Below, piece by piece: positions 43,084 through 53,285 of a DNA stretch of 64,000 nucleotides. The notes beneath the pieces are model-generated. The model was not told the DNA's origin and searched no databases. It saw nothing but the letters and a program-made list of their open reading frames with translations. The stretch's first letter is position 1, and each line of letters opens with the position of its first letter. Location: IMG/VR virus record IMGVR_UViG_3300037010_002253, positions 1 to 64,000 of that record; one strand, written 5' to 3'. The DNA comes from a virus. The position numbers and the translations under genes are program-made.

Positions 43084-43686
43084 CTATTGCTTCTCCCCCA
43101 GCCAGCGCCGGAGGTCGGTGATGTTGAGGTTCGCCTGTGCAGGGACACGGAACCGCCGGTCCAGCATCACGCTGGGAAGGAAGATCCGCACCATCGCTCC
43201 TTGGGGTAGCTCGAGTTGCCAGGCCCCGGTGTCGGGGTCCACCTGAACCTGGCTCTTCTCGTTCCGCACCATCGCCCCGCCCAGGATCGCGGAGGACTCC
43301 TGGCCGATGGTCTCGACGATGATGGTGTCGGAGGTGGGCTGTCCACCCACGTCGCGCATGTACCCGCTGACCATGCAGGTCAGGATGGAGGGCCCGGCAG
43401 GACGCTCCAGGGGGGTCAGGACGGCCGTGCCGATCATGGGGGTGACGGGAGGGTCTCCGAGGTCTGCGACGACGTCCAGGGTGCCCCGGCGCTCCTGGTA
43501 GCCGGCCTTCGTCGCCAGGTACGCGACCACGCCCGCGGGAACGGTCCCCGTGAAGGTCGCGACCCCGTCGGAGCCGGTCATCTTCGCCCCGTACAGCGCC
43601 CCGTCGAGGGGGTCGTGTAGGGTGACGATCGCGCCACGCATGGGGTCGCCGTTCGGGTCCAGCACCGTCAAGACAACGGATTCCAT
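43084..43686 (-). CDS. Putative virion protein with prealbumin/carboxypeptidase-regulatory-like folds
   Basis: LTVLDPNGDPMRGAIVTL...TGSDGVATF...ATKAGY. Confidence 0.6.
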   Translation of the reverse strand: MESVVLTVLDPNGDPMRGAIVTLHDPLDGALYGAKMTGSDGVATFTGTVPAGVVAYLATKAGYQERRGTLDVVADLGDPPVTPMIGTAVLTPLERPAGPSILTCMVSGYMRDVGGQPTSDTIIVETIGQESSAILGGAMVRNEKSQVQVDPDTGAWQLELPQGAMVRIFLPSVMLDRRFRVPAQANLNITDLRRWLGEKQ

Positions 43687-43696
43687 TGCGGCCTCC

Positions 43697-46600
43697 TCAG
43701 ATGTCGAGCACGCCGACGTTGTGGATCATCTTCTCGGCGCTGGTGAACTCTCGGTTCGCCTGTCCGATGGTAGACGGAGGCGCGCCGGTGACGACGTACC
43801 CCGTCTCTGCCCCCCTCGGTCCGTTGACGCCCCAGGACGTGAGCGTGATGGACAGCTTCCCGCTGACCCCGAGGTCGTTGCCGTGGAAGACGCCCGTGTA
43901 CGCCTCCGCGCCCGCCTGGCCGAGCTGGACCTCGTACGTCCCGTTCCCCTTGCACACGTTTCCGATGAGGGTGGGGCCCTCCTCAGACGACGTCCATGTC
44001 GCCGGCTGGTAGTTGATCCCGACGCCGGTATTGCCCTCGCACACGTTCCCCTGAAGCAGAACGCTCCCCATCACCTTCGGGTGTGCTCCGCTGTGGTCCC
44101 CACGGATGTTGATCCCATTGCCCGCGTTGTCGCAGAAGCGGCTACCGCGGATGACGAGACGGTCGAGCGCCACGGTCCCGACATTCGCGCCACCATCATA
44201 GAAGTGGAAGCCGTCACCTCCCATGTCGCTCGCCTCGCACCTGTCGAGGGTGATGCCAGAGGTGAGGAAGGTGGGGGAGTCGGCGGTCGCGTCGAGAACG
44301 TAGAACCCGCGGTGCGTGGCGGTCGTGGTGAACCCGCGCGCGGTGCAGTCGACCAAGGTCAGTTTCCCGTTGGGTCGCAAGAGGAAGACACCCCAGTCAC
44401 AGGCCACGCCGCCAGCACCCGGGGTCTTCTCGAAGACGACATTACGGATGCTTCCCTTGTACGTCTTCGCGGCCGCCCACAGCGCCGATTGGAACGCGAC
44501 GCGGTAGTGGGGTGTGGCGATGTTCGTGGTGTAGACCCAGTCGAGGGCGTACACCCCGTTCACGTCAAACGTCTCCGCCGCGCAGAGCATCTCACCGGAC
44601 CGCCCGTTCATCACGCACGTCGGGAAGTGAACGTTTCGCATGACGAGGTGGGGCGTACTCAGGATGAACAGCGCGCCGCTCGTCCCGTTCCATCCGGTAA
44701 CCGCAGGCCCCTCGCCGTAGTCGACGGAGGAGGTCCCTTCGTACCCTAGGAGCACATCGTCGAGAACGATTTGGCGCACTCGGGGCGCCGCGGACGCCGC
44801 AGAGGGGAGGCCGAGCGTGAAGGGAGTGATCGACGACGAGGCCGTCACCTTCCACTGGCCACCACGGATGGCGAGCGTACCGATGTCGATATAGTCACCT
44901 GTGCCGTTCTGGGGGAGGAAGAGGAGCGTACCCACGCCGCCCATCGCATTCGCCGTCACGAAGCAGTGCGCGAACGTGATGTCGTGCAGGAGGGTGTTCC
45001 CAGCATGGCCGGTCCAGGGGTACAGACCGAGCACGCCGACGTTCGTCGTCGGGTTGCCCGCGGTCGCTGTCGTTGTCCCGAGGAGGAACTTGCACTGCTC
45101 GAACCTCACGCCGCGGAGGACCGCCGGATTCGTGGCGAGGACCGTCTCGCGCACCTCGACAGGAGCGCAGGACGCTCCAGACGTGTCGAAGAGACAGTCG
45201 CGGAAAACGTAGCCGAACGCTTCCGCATTCGCGTAGATGCAGTTGTTCTCTAGGCAGACGCACGCGCTACTCGAGGTCGCCACGAAGGACGACCGCCACG
45301 CCGACACGCGGCCGGAAGAGAAGTCCACCCCCACCACGGAGATAGATGGCATGACGGTCTGGTCGACGAAGATGCAGTCCTCCAGCACCACACGCCCGGA
45401 CGTGTACACCCCCACGGTGCCTGTGGAGCCCCTGGTGACGCGCACGCCCTTGAGGTGAATGCAGCACAGGTGGTCCGACGTGATGCCGGGGCCGCTCGTG
45501 TTGTTTCGCAGGGTCACGTCAAGCCCACCAGTCCCTTCAATGGTGAGCGTCGCCTCCCCAGCGAACCCGAGCCCCTGCACAGCTAGGTCGAGGTTGTAAG
45601 TACCCGCCTTCACTTGGATAACGCACGATGCCTGCGTAGCCACGGTCAGGTAGTTCTTCCACCACGCGACCGCAGCGATGAGCCCGTCCGCGCCGTTGAA
45701 GTCGCCGAACGTCTTGTTGCCATCACCGACGGTGATGCACCAGCGCCCGTTGATCATCTTGAAGATGGAAGGTGGGCGCGTCTCCGTCGTGTTCTTGATC
45801 CCGATACCACCGAGGCGAAGGTACTGGTCACCTTCCGCCATCCCTGGGCCAGTCAGAGGCACGTACGCTTCGCCGCTCACGCTCTCCGTGCCCGCGATCC
45901 CGTAGTCGCGAAACTGCATCGGGCTGAGGGGAGACTCCAGGCGCGTGTCGCCGTCACCCAGGTGGTTGACGGCGAGGGCAACTTCCGAGTGGTCGCCGTC
46001 TCGGTTGAAGCGCACCTGGAACACACCGTCGGGGCCGAGAGACCCGTCGGGGTCGACGTCTACGGTGAGCAGCTTCGCTTTCGGAAGCAGCACCCCATCC
46101 GGGGTTTCGAGGATGGTAGAGACGAGAGCCTTCACTTTGAAGTCGACCTGGCGGGTGACCTCCGCCATCAGGGACGCGGGGAGGAGCTTGCGCTCGTCCA
46201 CGATGTCACCATCCGCCACCACGTTGGAGGTGCGGGTGATGGTCGCGAGGAGGTAGGTCTTCGTGCCGCCCGCCCACAACTCATCCGAACTGCTCACCGG
46301 GATCGCCGCGTTGACCGTGTTCCCGATCGTCCACTGAAGCACACGCCTTCGCGTCGTCTCGCCCAACTGGGGGAGCTGCGCCGGGTCCGCGATCTCGGTT
46401 TCCTGGACGGCGAGGAAGACGCGCACGGTCTCGGTCCCCGCCACCCACGCAGGGCTCAGGGTGTACGCCGCCGAGGCGTCGGCCTGGCGGATGCTGTGAC
46501 CGTCCGCGAGGAGGAAGCCGGTACCGATCTGAACGACTTCACCACCGGCGGCCGTGATCTTGAACCCGTCGTCGCTCGAACCGGGGGACAGGTTCCCGGT

Positions 46601-46768
46601 CGCCGCCACGGTCTGCTGCGCCGCCGTGAAGATCGCGCGAACGGCGAGTACTCGCAGGACGTCTTGGAACTCGTTCAGCTCGAAGTCGCAGACATCCCGG
46701 CCACGCTGGAAGATGACCTTGACGTGGTTGGCTGCCTCATTGAAAGAGTCCTTGATCGTATCCGCCAT
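43697..46768 (-). CDS. Tail fibre/tailspike with parallel beta-helix
   Basis: N-terminal VIFQRGRDVCDFELNEFQD baseplate-binding type motif; repeated GNxCxGNxxxGI rungs. Confidence 0.8.
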   Translation of the reverse strand: MADTIKDSFNEAANHVKVIFQRGRDVCDFELNEFQDVLRVLAVRAIFTAAQQTVAATGNLSPGSSDDGFKITAAGGEVVQIGTGFLLADGHSIRQADASAAYTLSPAWVAGTETVRVFLAVQETEIADPAQLPQLGETTRRRVLQWTIGNTVNAAIPVSSSDELWAGGTKTYLLATITRTSNVVADGDIVDERKLLPASLMAEVTRQVDFKVKALVSTILETPDGVLLPKAKLLTVDVDPDGSLGPDGVFQVRFNRDGDHSEVALAVNHLGDGDTRLESPLSPMQFRDYGIAGTESVSGEAYVPLTGPGMAEGDQYLRLGGIGIKNTTETRPPSIFKMINGRWCITVGDGNKTFGDFNGADGLIAAVAWWKNYLTVATQASCVIQVKAGTYNLDLAVQGLGFAGEATLTIEGTGGLDVTLRNNTSGPGITSDHLCCIHLKGVRVTRGSTGTVGVYTSGRVVLEDCIFVDQTVMPSISVVGVDFSSGRVSAWRSSFVATSSSACVCLENNCIYANAEAFGYVFRDCLFDTSGASCAPVEVRETVLATNPAVLRGVRFEQCKFLLGTTTATAGNPTTNVGVLGLYPWTGHAGNTLLHDITFAHCFVTANAMGGVGTLLFLPQNGTGDYIDIGTLAIRGGQWKVTASSSITPFTLGLPSAASAAPRVRQIVLDDVLLGYEGTSSVDYGEGPAVTGWNGTSGALFILSTPHLVMRNVHFPTCVMNGRSGEMLCAAETFDVNGVYALDWVYTTNIATPHYRVAFQSALWAAAKTYKGSIRNVVFEKTPGAGGVACDWGVFLLRPNGKLTLVDCTARGFTTTATHRGFYVLDATADSPTFLTSGITLDRCEASDMGGDGFHFYDGGANVGTVALDRLVIRGSRFCDNAGNGINIRGDHSGAHPKVMGSVLLQGNVCEGNTGVGINYQPATWTSSEEGPTLIGNVCKGNGTYEVQLGQAGAEAYTGVFHGNDLGVSGKLSITLTSWGVNGPRGAETGYVVTGAPPSTIGQANREFTSAEKMIHNVGVLDI

Positions 46769-46780
46769 TTTGCTCTCCGT

Positions 46781-49036
46781 TCAGGTGAAGAAGATGTGAG
46801 GCTTCGCGTCCGCGTCAGTGAACTCCGTGCGGAGCCGCTTGTCGAGTCGCTGGTACCTCATGGCGTCCCGCTTCTTCAGGACGTAGTACCGCTGTCCCGG
46901 GATGCAGAGGCTCGTGATGTCCCCGGCGACGGTGACCGTCGTCGCCGTGTTCGCCACGATCCGAAAGAGCTGCTTTTGGTTCTGGTTCGGGTTCAGGTAC
47001 ATGCCGACCCAGCCGTCGACCCCAGGGGGATCCTGGTTCGGGTCGAGCTGGAAGACGTTCAGCACCACGCCCGCGGTCTCCCCCATCGTCACGGGGATGC
47101 CCTTGGTAGTGATGTAGACGCCGACGTCGTTCGGTCCCCAGGCGCCAACGAGGTTCGCCCCGGGACCGAAATACATGCGGCTGTAGAAGTCGTACCGCGA
47201 TCCGCGCGCCTGGAAGTCGAGCAACGGGTTGTAGATGGTCGAGTGGTACCCGCTGGACAGCTTGTACTTGTAGTGGGGGATCCGATGCTCGAAATCCACG
47301 CCCACCGTGTAGTCGAAGGCGATGCCGTACTTGATCGCCCCGATCGCGAAGCCACTTCCGAAGAAGAGTTCCGTTTTGCTATTCCCTGTGATGAGGTACT
47401 TCCCGTTCCCCTCGGGGCACAGGTAGTGGCCCTTCCATTGGTTCTCCTCCCACTCCGCAGTGGTATCGGTGATGGTCGTCTGTCCGCCGAGAGAGGTCAC
47501 GGCCACACCCGCCTCGGAGTAGTACTCCGCGCGGAGGAAGCTCTTGCCGACGCTTACTGTCGCGCCGGAGGGGAAGTTGTGGGTCGACGGCGACACGAGG
47601 ACGACGGTCTTGCCTGCGTAGTCGACGCTCGCCACCTCGGAGATGTGGCCGGCCGCGTTCGTACGGATCTCGATCGCGATCCCCTTTTTGATACCGAGCA
47701 CGCTGTTCAGGGACACATGCGTCCCACCGAACGCGAGGTCCGAGGTCAGCTCCAGGTCCTTCGGGGAAAGGTAGAGCTTCGCCTCCGTGAGGGTGTTGTC
47801 CTCCACGCAGGCGACGTCGCCGACCCAACCGAGCAGCTTCCCGCCCGCCCAATCGCTCGCCGCGCCGAGGCCGCTCGGGTCGGTCATCTTGGCGAAGGGG
47901 GAGGTGATGTCGCTTCCTTCCCCGTAGAGCAGGGCGCTGGTCCCATCGTAGGTCTTGAGGCCGACCGCGCCGCTGGGGCAGCCATCACCGTTCCCGAGAT
48001 CGACGCACGCCGAATCCCAGAGGGTCAGCATCTTCACCGCGTCCACGATGCCGGCGCACGATCCACGGATCTGGTACTGGGCCACGAGACCAAGAGCCAT
48101 CCGCCTCGTCGTCAGGAAATCGTACGAGTCTCCTTCCGGTAGCGCGCCGAGGGACCGGACGCGCGCGGCGGTGACGTGGAGGGGTGCGCGGTCGTCGTCC
48201 GTGTTGTTCTCGAGAGCCTTCGTCCACCCGCGCAGGGTGTCGAGCCAGCACCCCATGATGGTGAACCACCGCTCCAGGAAGCCTGCTCCGCCGCCCTCGG
48301 AGACGGGAAGGGCGTCGAGGTGTCGCTCGTCCCGGGTGGCCTGCCGCCAGAAGAACGTGTCCTTCGAGTTGAGCGACTCGATGGACAGACCCATGACACG
48401 GCTGTCCTTCGTGATCTTCACGAGGTCGACGCCAGTGGCGTACGACGGGTTGTTCGTGGCGACCACGAGGTAGTAGTAGAACGTGTTCCCTTCGAGGCCC
48501 GTGTCGAGGAACGTCTCGATCGAGGGGCCGTTGTAGACCTCGGTGGCCGCGTCCGTGAGGTCGAAGGGGTACCCCTTCGAGCGTCGGTGGATGGTGATCG
48601 CGATGGTCGAGGCAGGGTTCTTCCAGGTGAGGTGGATCTGGTTCCCTTCGCAGCGCGGTCGCGCCTTGAGGTTCTTCACCACGAACGGTGGGTACCCTAC
48701 CGACGCCGTGTAGGCGCCCCACCTGTTCGTGAGGGGGATGAACGCAACGGCGCCCCGCAGGTCGCCCACCACATTCAGTGTGTACTTCTTCCCCGAGGCT
48801 TGTGGGGACGTGCGAAGCCGCACGACCGTGTCGCTGATGGGAGCTGCGCCGTAGACCTTCACCCCGGGGATCGAGTAGCTCCCGAGGGAGAAGACCGCAG
48901 AGGAACGGAGCACCTTCTCGGAGAAAGTAAGGTCCACCGTTTCCGTATCGACCGGCGCGACGGAAACGAGATCGAAGGTAGGCCCCGACCCGCCGAACCC
49001 ATCGACGCCGTACTTGAGGAAACCGTAGCCGCTCAC
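46781..49036 (-). CDS. Baseplate wedge protein (gpI/gp7-like) with Ig/FN3 domains
   Basis: LTFSE...; FLDTGLEGNTFYYYLV FN3; FLERW...YQIRGSCAGI. Confidence 0.65.
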   Translation of the reverse strand: MSGYGFLKYGVDGFGGSGPTFDLVSVAPVDTETVDLTFSEKVLRSSAVFSLGSYSIPGVKVYGAAPISDTVVRLRTSPQASGKKYTLNVVGDLRGAVAFIPLTNRWGAYTASVGYPPFVVKNLKARPRCEGNQIHLTWKNPASTIAITIHRRSKGYPFDLTDAATEVYNGPSIETFLDTGLEGNTFYYYLVVATNNPSYATGVDLVKITKDSRVMGLSIESLNSKDTFFWRQATRDERHLDALPVSEGGGAGFLERWFTIMGCWLDTLRGWTKALENNTDDDRAPLHVTAARVRSLGALPEGDSYDFLTTRRMALGLVAQYQIRGSCAGIVDAVKMLTLWDSACVDLGNGDGCPSGAVGLKTYDGTSALLYGEGSDITSPFAKMTDPSGLGAASDWAGGKLLGWVGDVACVEDNTLTEAKLYLSPKDLELTSDLAFGGTHVSLNSVLGIKKGIAIEIRTNAAGHISEVASVDYAGKTVVLVSPSTHNFPSGATVSVGKSFLRAEYYSEAGVAVTSLGGQTTITDTTAEWEENQWKGHYLCPEGNGKYLITGNSKTELFFGSGFAIGAIKYGIAFDYTVGVDFEHRIPHYKYKLSSGYHSTIYNPLLDFQARGSRYDFYSRMYFGPGANLVGAWGPNDVGVYITTKGIPVTMGETAGVVLNVFQLDPNQDPPGVDGWVGMYLNPNQNQKQLFRIVANTATTVTVAGDITSLCIPGQRYYVLKKRDAMRYQRLDKRLRTEFTDADAKPHIFFT

Positions 49037-49037
49037 T

Positions 49038-49796
49038 TTACGGCACCGGGATCAGCTCGACGAGGACGCTGTCGCAGTCCGTCGCCACGCCGGCAGGGGT
49101 GAACACGTAGATGCGTGCGTGGGTCGCATCGACCCGGTACCCCATCCCCGCGAGGGCCTGCGGGGAGGCGACGGGGTTCGGGGTAACCCGCACGGCGAAA
49201 TCCTCGGGGAGGAGTCCCAAGGCCCAGGAGATGACCCCCTCCCCCGCGCCGCCGGCCGTGTAGGTGAAGTCCACGCCCGTCGGGAGGATGGTGCGGCTAC
49301 CACTCCGCGCCGCGCGGACCTGCTTGGGGATGTTCACCTGGTCCACGCGCAGGGACACGTAGCTGGCGCTCGCCTGGACGTACCGGGCGATGGCGTCCTC
49401 TAGGTACTTCCATCCGCGGTCCTGGCCGAGGAAGTTGCACTGGTCCGCCGTCGCCGCAAAGGGAGGCGTAGCCAGTCCCCTCTCGTCCCCGGACGCGAAA
49501 ACGCGCACGTCGGCGGCCTGGACCCCCGCCGCGTCCGTCGTGGTGAGCATGACCGTGTAGCAGCCGACCACGTCTTCCGTGAACGTGGACGACGCCGTGG
49601 TCCCGAAGACGCCGGGGGTCTGCGCACTCCCCTCCGGGACCGCGAGGAGCTTGTACTCCCACGCGACGACGCCCGCGTCGTTGACGTTCTGGCAGACGAC
49701 GACGCCCGCGTTGGTTCCGCGCTTCCCAAGAAGCGCCTGACCGTTCCCGCCGATGAAGGCACCCTGGGAGAACTTGAGCGAAGCCGAGATGGTCAC
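49038..49796 (-). CDS. Virion protein with PKD/Ig-like domain
   Basis: WEYKLLAVPEGS...TFTEDVVGCYTVMLTTTD. Confidence 0.6.
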   Translation of the reverse strand: MTISASLKFSQGAFIGGNGQALLGKRGTNAGVVVCQNVNDAGVVAWEYKLLAVPEGSAQTPGVFGTTASSTFTEDVVGCYTVMLTTTDAAGVQAADVRVFASGDERGLATPPFAATADQCNFLGQDRGWKYLEDAIARYVQASASYVSLRVDQVNIPKQVRAARSGSRTILPTGVDFTYTAGGAGEGVISWALGLLPEDFAVRVTPNPVASPQALAGMGYRVDATHARIYVFTPAGVATDCDSVLVELIPVP

Positions 49797-51994
49797 TTCA
49801 CACCTCCGACGGCGTTGACCGTGATGTCGTCCTTCGTGAACAGCATGAAGTCCTCCTTGCGGAGCGCGAGGTCGCCCGCGGTCGCGTACGTGTCCACGTA
49901 GGACTCGTCACCGATAGCCCAAGGGACCGTTCCGTCTGGCAGCGCGAACTCGACCATCCCGTCCTCCGACCGCCAGAGGTAGTGCAGCTTCGCGCCCGCG
50001 GAAAGCGTGACGGGGTCCGCGAGGGTGAGGGTGCCTGCGCCGACGTGAACGACCACGCTTCGCAGGATCTCCACCCCGCCCTGCATGACGAGTACGGGGT
50101 CGCCCGCAGCCCAGCTTGTCGAGGAGACCACGGGAACCGTGGCCGCGGATGCGACCGCGGACGCGACGCTCGCCATGAGCACCTTCCCGACTCGCGGCTC
50201 GAGACGCTCGATGACGTACGGGTCGTCGGGAGCGCCGATGGTGAGGAGGCCATGGACGCTCGTCGCAACCGACTGCTGCGACCACGCCACCACGGGGAAG
50301 GAGTTGGGGACGTCGAGCGGGCGCACGCGCAGGGTCCAGTTCCCGTTGGAGAACTGCTCGGCGGAGAAGTTCGCCCGCTCGTCCACGAGCGACGTGTCGG
50401 TCAGGTACGAGGCCACGCCAATGTGGCGTTTCCGCACCTCGAACCGCCGACACACGACCGGCGCGAGAGACGCGACGACGCGGATGTTCCACTCCTGCCG
50501 CTGTACGGTGTTCGGGTTGACTTTGAGGCCCAGCGTCGTGCCGTCGCCCGTCGTCGGGGTCGCCAGGTACCTCGAGTGGTGCGGCTCGATGGTGAACGTC
50601 TTCACGAAGACCCGCTTGAGACCCTCGATTTGGGCCGGGCTCAAGGACTTGTAGAGGTCCTGAAGGTCGGCCTGCTCCGCGAAATCCATCACGTCGAATC
50701 CGTACTTGCTCAGGACGACGTCGGAGACCGCCGCCGCTCCGAGGGCCGCGACGTAGTTGTCCTCAATGAAAGCGTCGACCGACACTTTCAGGGTGACGTA
50801 GTTCGCGGCGATGGGGATGACCCGCTTGTTCGCGGACTTCTTGCTGCGCAACGCGATGATGATCGCGTTGTAGAGGGAGGCCGTCATCGGTCCCCCGCCA
50901 CCAGGCACGGTCACGACGTAGACCGGGACGGTCCCTGCGCTGCTCCGCCCAGGGACGCCCTTCGCGCGGTAGACCGCCGCGACGTTCGCTTGGGCAAGCG
51001 CGCCGTAGTCCTCCAGGGTCAGACCGCGATCGTTGGCCTTGATCGCAAGGGGGAGGGACTGCTTCGCGCTGTCGAGGCTCTGCTCCGGTCCCGCGCCCGT
51101 GGTGGGGTCGGGGTTCACGCAGAACGCGCCACGCAATGCAGATGGGGTCTTGGACCCGTCCGTCGTCCCGAGGATGGCGTTGACCGCTCCCGCGGGGAGG
51201 ATGGCGTCCACCCCAGTCCCCGTCTTGTAGGAGCCGAGGACCTGTTGGTTCGAGGGAGGCAGCTTCCCGAAGATCCCATCGCCGAACTTGAGGGAGACGG
51301 TGCCGTCCTCCGCCACGTTCTTCACGTAGACGGCGTCGTTGGGACCGAACGGAAGGAAGCTTTGGACTTCGACGTACAGCTCCGCCGCGATCGTGGCCAC
51401 GAGGGTCCCGTCCAAGACCGGCCTCTTCGCCAGGGTCACCACTTGGCCGAGCGCGCCGCTCGTGACCCCAAGGACCTCCTGGTAGACCTCGGTGCCGCTC
51501 TCGACGTCCACGTCCACGTACGTGCCGTAGGTCCCGTCGATGGAGAGCCCTGCGGAGTCGATGAGGGTGTCCACCTTCGGCTGGAAGGTGACGCTCCCAT
51601 CGCTCACGCCGAACTGCTGGTGTCGCGAGAGGGTGAACGAGTACGCCCCGTCCGAGTGCAGGGGGAGGTTGTAGATCCGAAGCTTCGTCGTTCCCTGGGT
51701 CGCCGACTTGAGGCGGAACGTGTACGCCTTCGCGAGATTGATGAAGTTCTGCCTCCTTCTCGTGAGGACGGGGATGGTTTCCAGGAAGCGCGCGTTCTGG
51801 GAATAGAAGACCATCTCCCCAGCGATCGCCATCAGCTCGAGGAACCGCGTACCAGGGTTGGCCGGGCCGAAGTCGGTCCACTGTTCGCTAGCGTACGAGG
51901 TCCTCTTGGCGTACGCCTCCAGGTCCGCGCGAAGTGAAGCAAAGTCCTCCGACGTGAAGTCGACGACCGGGGTGTCGGGTCCGCCAGCGCTCAT
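49793..51994 (-). CDS. Baseplate J/gp6-like wedge subunit
   Basis: DFTSEDFASLR...WTDFGPANPG; FGDGIFGKLP; RGLTLEDY. Confidence 0.88.
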   Translation of the reverse strand: MSAGGPDTPVVDFTSEDFASLRADLEAYAKRTSYASEQWTDFGPANPGTRFLELMAIAGEMVFYSQNARFLETIPVLTRRRQNFINLAKAYTFRLKSATQGTTKLRIYNLPLHSDGAYSFTLSRHQQFGVSDGSVTFQPKVDTLIDSAGLSIDGTYGTYVDVDVESGTEVYQEVLGVTSGALGQVVTLAKRPVLDGTLVATIAAELYVEVQSFLPFGPNDAVYVKNVAEDGTVSLKFGDGIFGKLPPSNQQVLGSYKTGTGVDAILPAGAVNAILGTTDGSKTPSALRGAFCVNPDPTTGAGPEQSLDSAKQSLPLAIKANDRGLTLEDYGALAQANVAAVYRAKGVPGRSSAGTVPVYVVTVPGGGGPMTASLYNAIIIALRSKKSANKRVIPIAANYVTLKVSVDAFIEDNYVAALGAAAVSDVVLSKYGFDVMDFAEQADLQDLYKSLSPAQIEGLKRVFVKTFTIEPHHSRYLATPTTGDGTTLGLKVNPNTVQRQEWNIRVVASLAPVVCRRFEVRKRHIGVASYLTDTSLVDERANFSAEQFSNGNWTLRVRPLDVPNSFPVVAWSQQSVATSVHGLLTIGAPDDPYVIERLEPRVGKVLMASVASAVASAATVPVVSSTSWAAGDPVLVMQGGVEILRSVVVHVGAGTLTLADPVTLSAGAKLHYLWRSEDGMVEFALPDGTVPWAIGDESYVDTYATAGDLALRKEDFMLFTKDDITVNAVGGVK

Positions 51995-52419
51995 CAGGTC
52001 CTCCGAACAGTGAAAGGCTGCGTGTAGGTGTCCGCGAGCCCGGTCGAACGGTAGCGGAAGGGGATCCTCACGACCACCTTGAGCCCGGCCTCAGTCTCCA
52101 CGCTGGAGACGCTGATGTGCGGGGACACGACGATCCTCGGTTCCCACAGGTCGAGAGCGCGCTTCGCTTCGTACGGGATCATGTCCCGGGCCGTCTCCTC
52201 GCTCTGGAAGAGACCGTCTGACAGCATCGTCCCGAAGGGAATCCCGTTCCTTACCAGCTCCGGTCGTTCCCCGATCCGCGTCATCAGGATGCACCGGATG
52301 CTACGCTTCACGAGGTCCTCCTCGCTCGTCAGGACCGGGCCCCTCCCACTCACGTTCGCCTGGATCGGGTAGGCGTACCCGATCCCGTACATCGAAACGG
52401 GCTGCTTGTTGGTGATCAT
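51994..52419 (-). CDS. gp25-like baseplate protein
   Basis: SIRCILMTRIGERP...FG...WEPRI. Confidence 0.88.
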   Translation of the reverse strand: MITNKQPVSMYGIGYAYPIQANVSGRGPVLTSEEDLVKRSIRCILMTRIGERPELVRNGIPFGTMLSDGLFQSEETARDMIPYEAKRALDLWEPRIVVSPHISVSSVETEAGLKVVVRIPFRYRSTGLADTYTQPFTVRRT

Positions 52420-53279
52420 GTCACGTCTCCCATGCAGGGCCCCGTCTTGAGTAGGTCGGTGATGACGCCGACGACGGCGTCGATGGTGTCCTTCACGTCC
52501 TGGATCGGCTTGAGCATGTGACCGGGGTCCATGTCCGGTGCCGACAGGGTGGCGTGCAGGTTCGAGAAATCCCCGATCACGCCCGACAGATCAGGCATCC
52601 CAGGGAACGCGCTGACGATCTCGAGGATGGCGCCAAGGAGATCGAAGATGTTCTGTACGCTTCCCAGCTTGTCGAGGAGATGGTCCATCAGCGACACCCT
52701 GTAGTTGTCGAGGCACTTCCCTACCTCCTGGACCGACGGATTAGAGTCGCTGAGCTTGATGGAGACCTGGAGGCTCAGCGACAGGAGGTGGGTGACGAGA
52801 CTCAGGATGCAGCCGAGGAGAACCGACAGGATTCGCAGCACGTCGAGGACGGGGAGGATGAACTTGCAGAGCCCCAACGCGGGGATGAACAAGTCAAGGA
52901 GACACTTGCACTTGACCGGAACCATCGCGATGTCTTTTAGGAGCTTGACGACATCGGGGACCGGGAGGCTCTGCATCACGTCCTTGAGGTCCATCACGAC
53001 CTTGAGAACCTGGGCCAGACACCCAAGGGCGCAGAGGGGGATCCCCAACGCCTCCAAGGACGGCTGCAACGCCAGGAGCAGCTTCGCCGCGACGTCGCAC
53101 CCATCGCACCCGACCTTGAAGCTGAACTCAGGGACCGCCGAGATCCCTCCCCCACCGAGGGGCAGCCGGAACTTGAGGGGAGGGAGATCCGCGAAAACGG
53201 GAGGGCACGGGTTGACGCAGACCAACCTCGCGATGGGCTCTGTGGTGTGAGCGAAGGGGTCGATCTTGTTCTGCGCCAC
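52416..53279 (-). CDS. Hydrophobic Cys-rich helical protein in the baseplate cluster
   Basis: Leu/Cys-rich 287 aa between the spike and gp25 genes. Confidence 0.7.
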   Translation of the reverse strand: MAQNKIDPFAHTTEPIARLVCVNPCPPVFADLPPLKFRLPLGGGGISAVPEFSFKVGCDGCDVAAKLLLALQPSLEALGIPLCALGCLAQVLKVVMDLKDVMQSLPVPDVVKLLKDIAMVPVKCKCLLDLFIPALGLCKFILPVLDVLRILSVLLGCILSLVTHLLSLSLQVSIKLSDSNPSVQEVGKCLDNYRVSLMDHLLDKLGSVQNIFDLLGAILEIVSAFPGMPDLSGVIGDFSNLHATLSAPDMDPGHMLKPIQDVKDTIDAVVGVITDLLKTGPCMGDVT

Positions 53280-53285
53280 GCTGTC

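Noticed and set aside
43697-46768. Diversity-generating retroelement or invertible fibre cassette
   Set aside because: No reverse transcriptase, invertase or template-repeat copy of the fibre 3' end was seen in the window.
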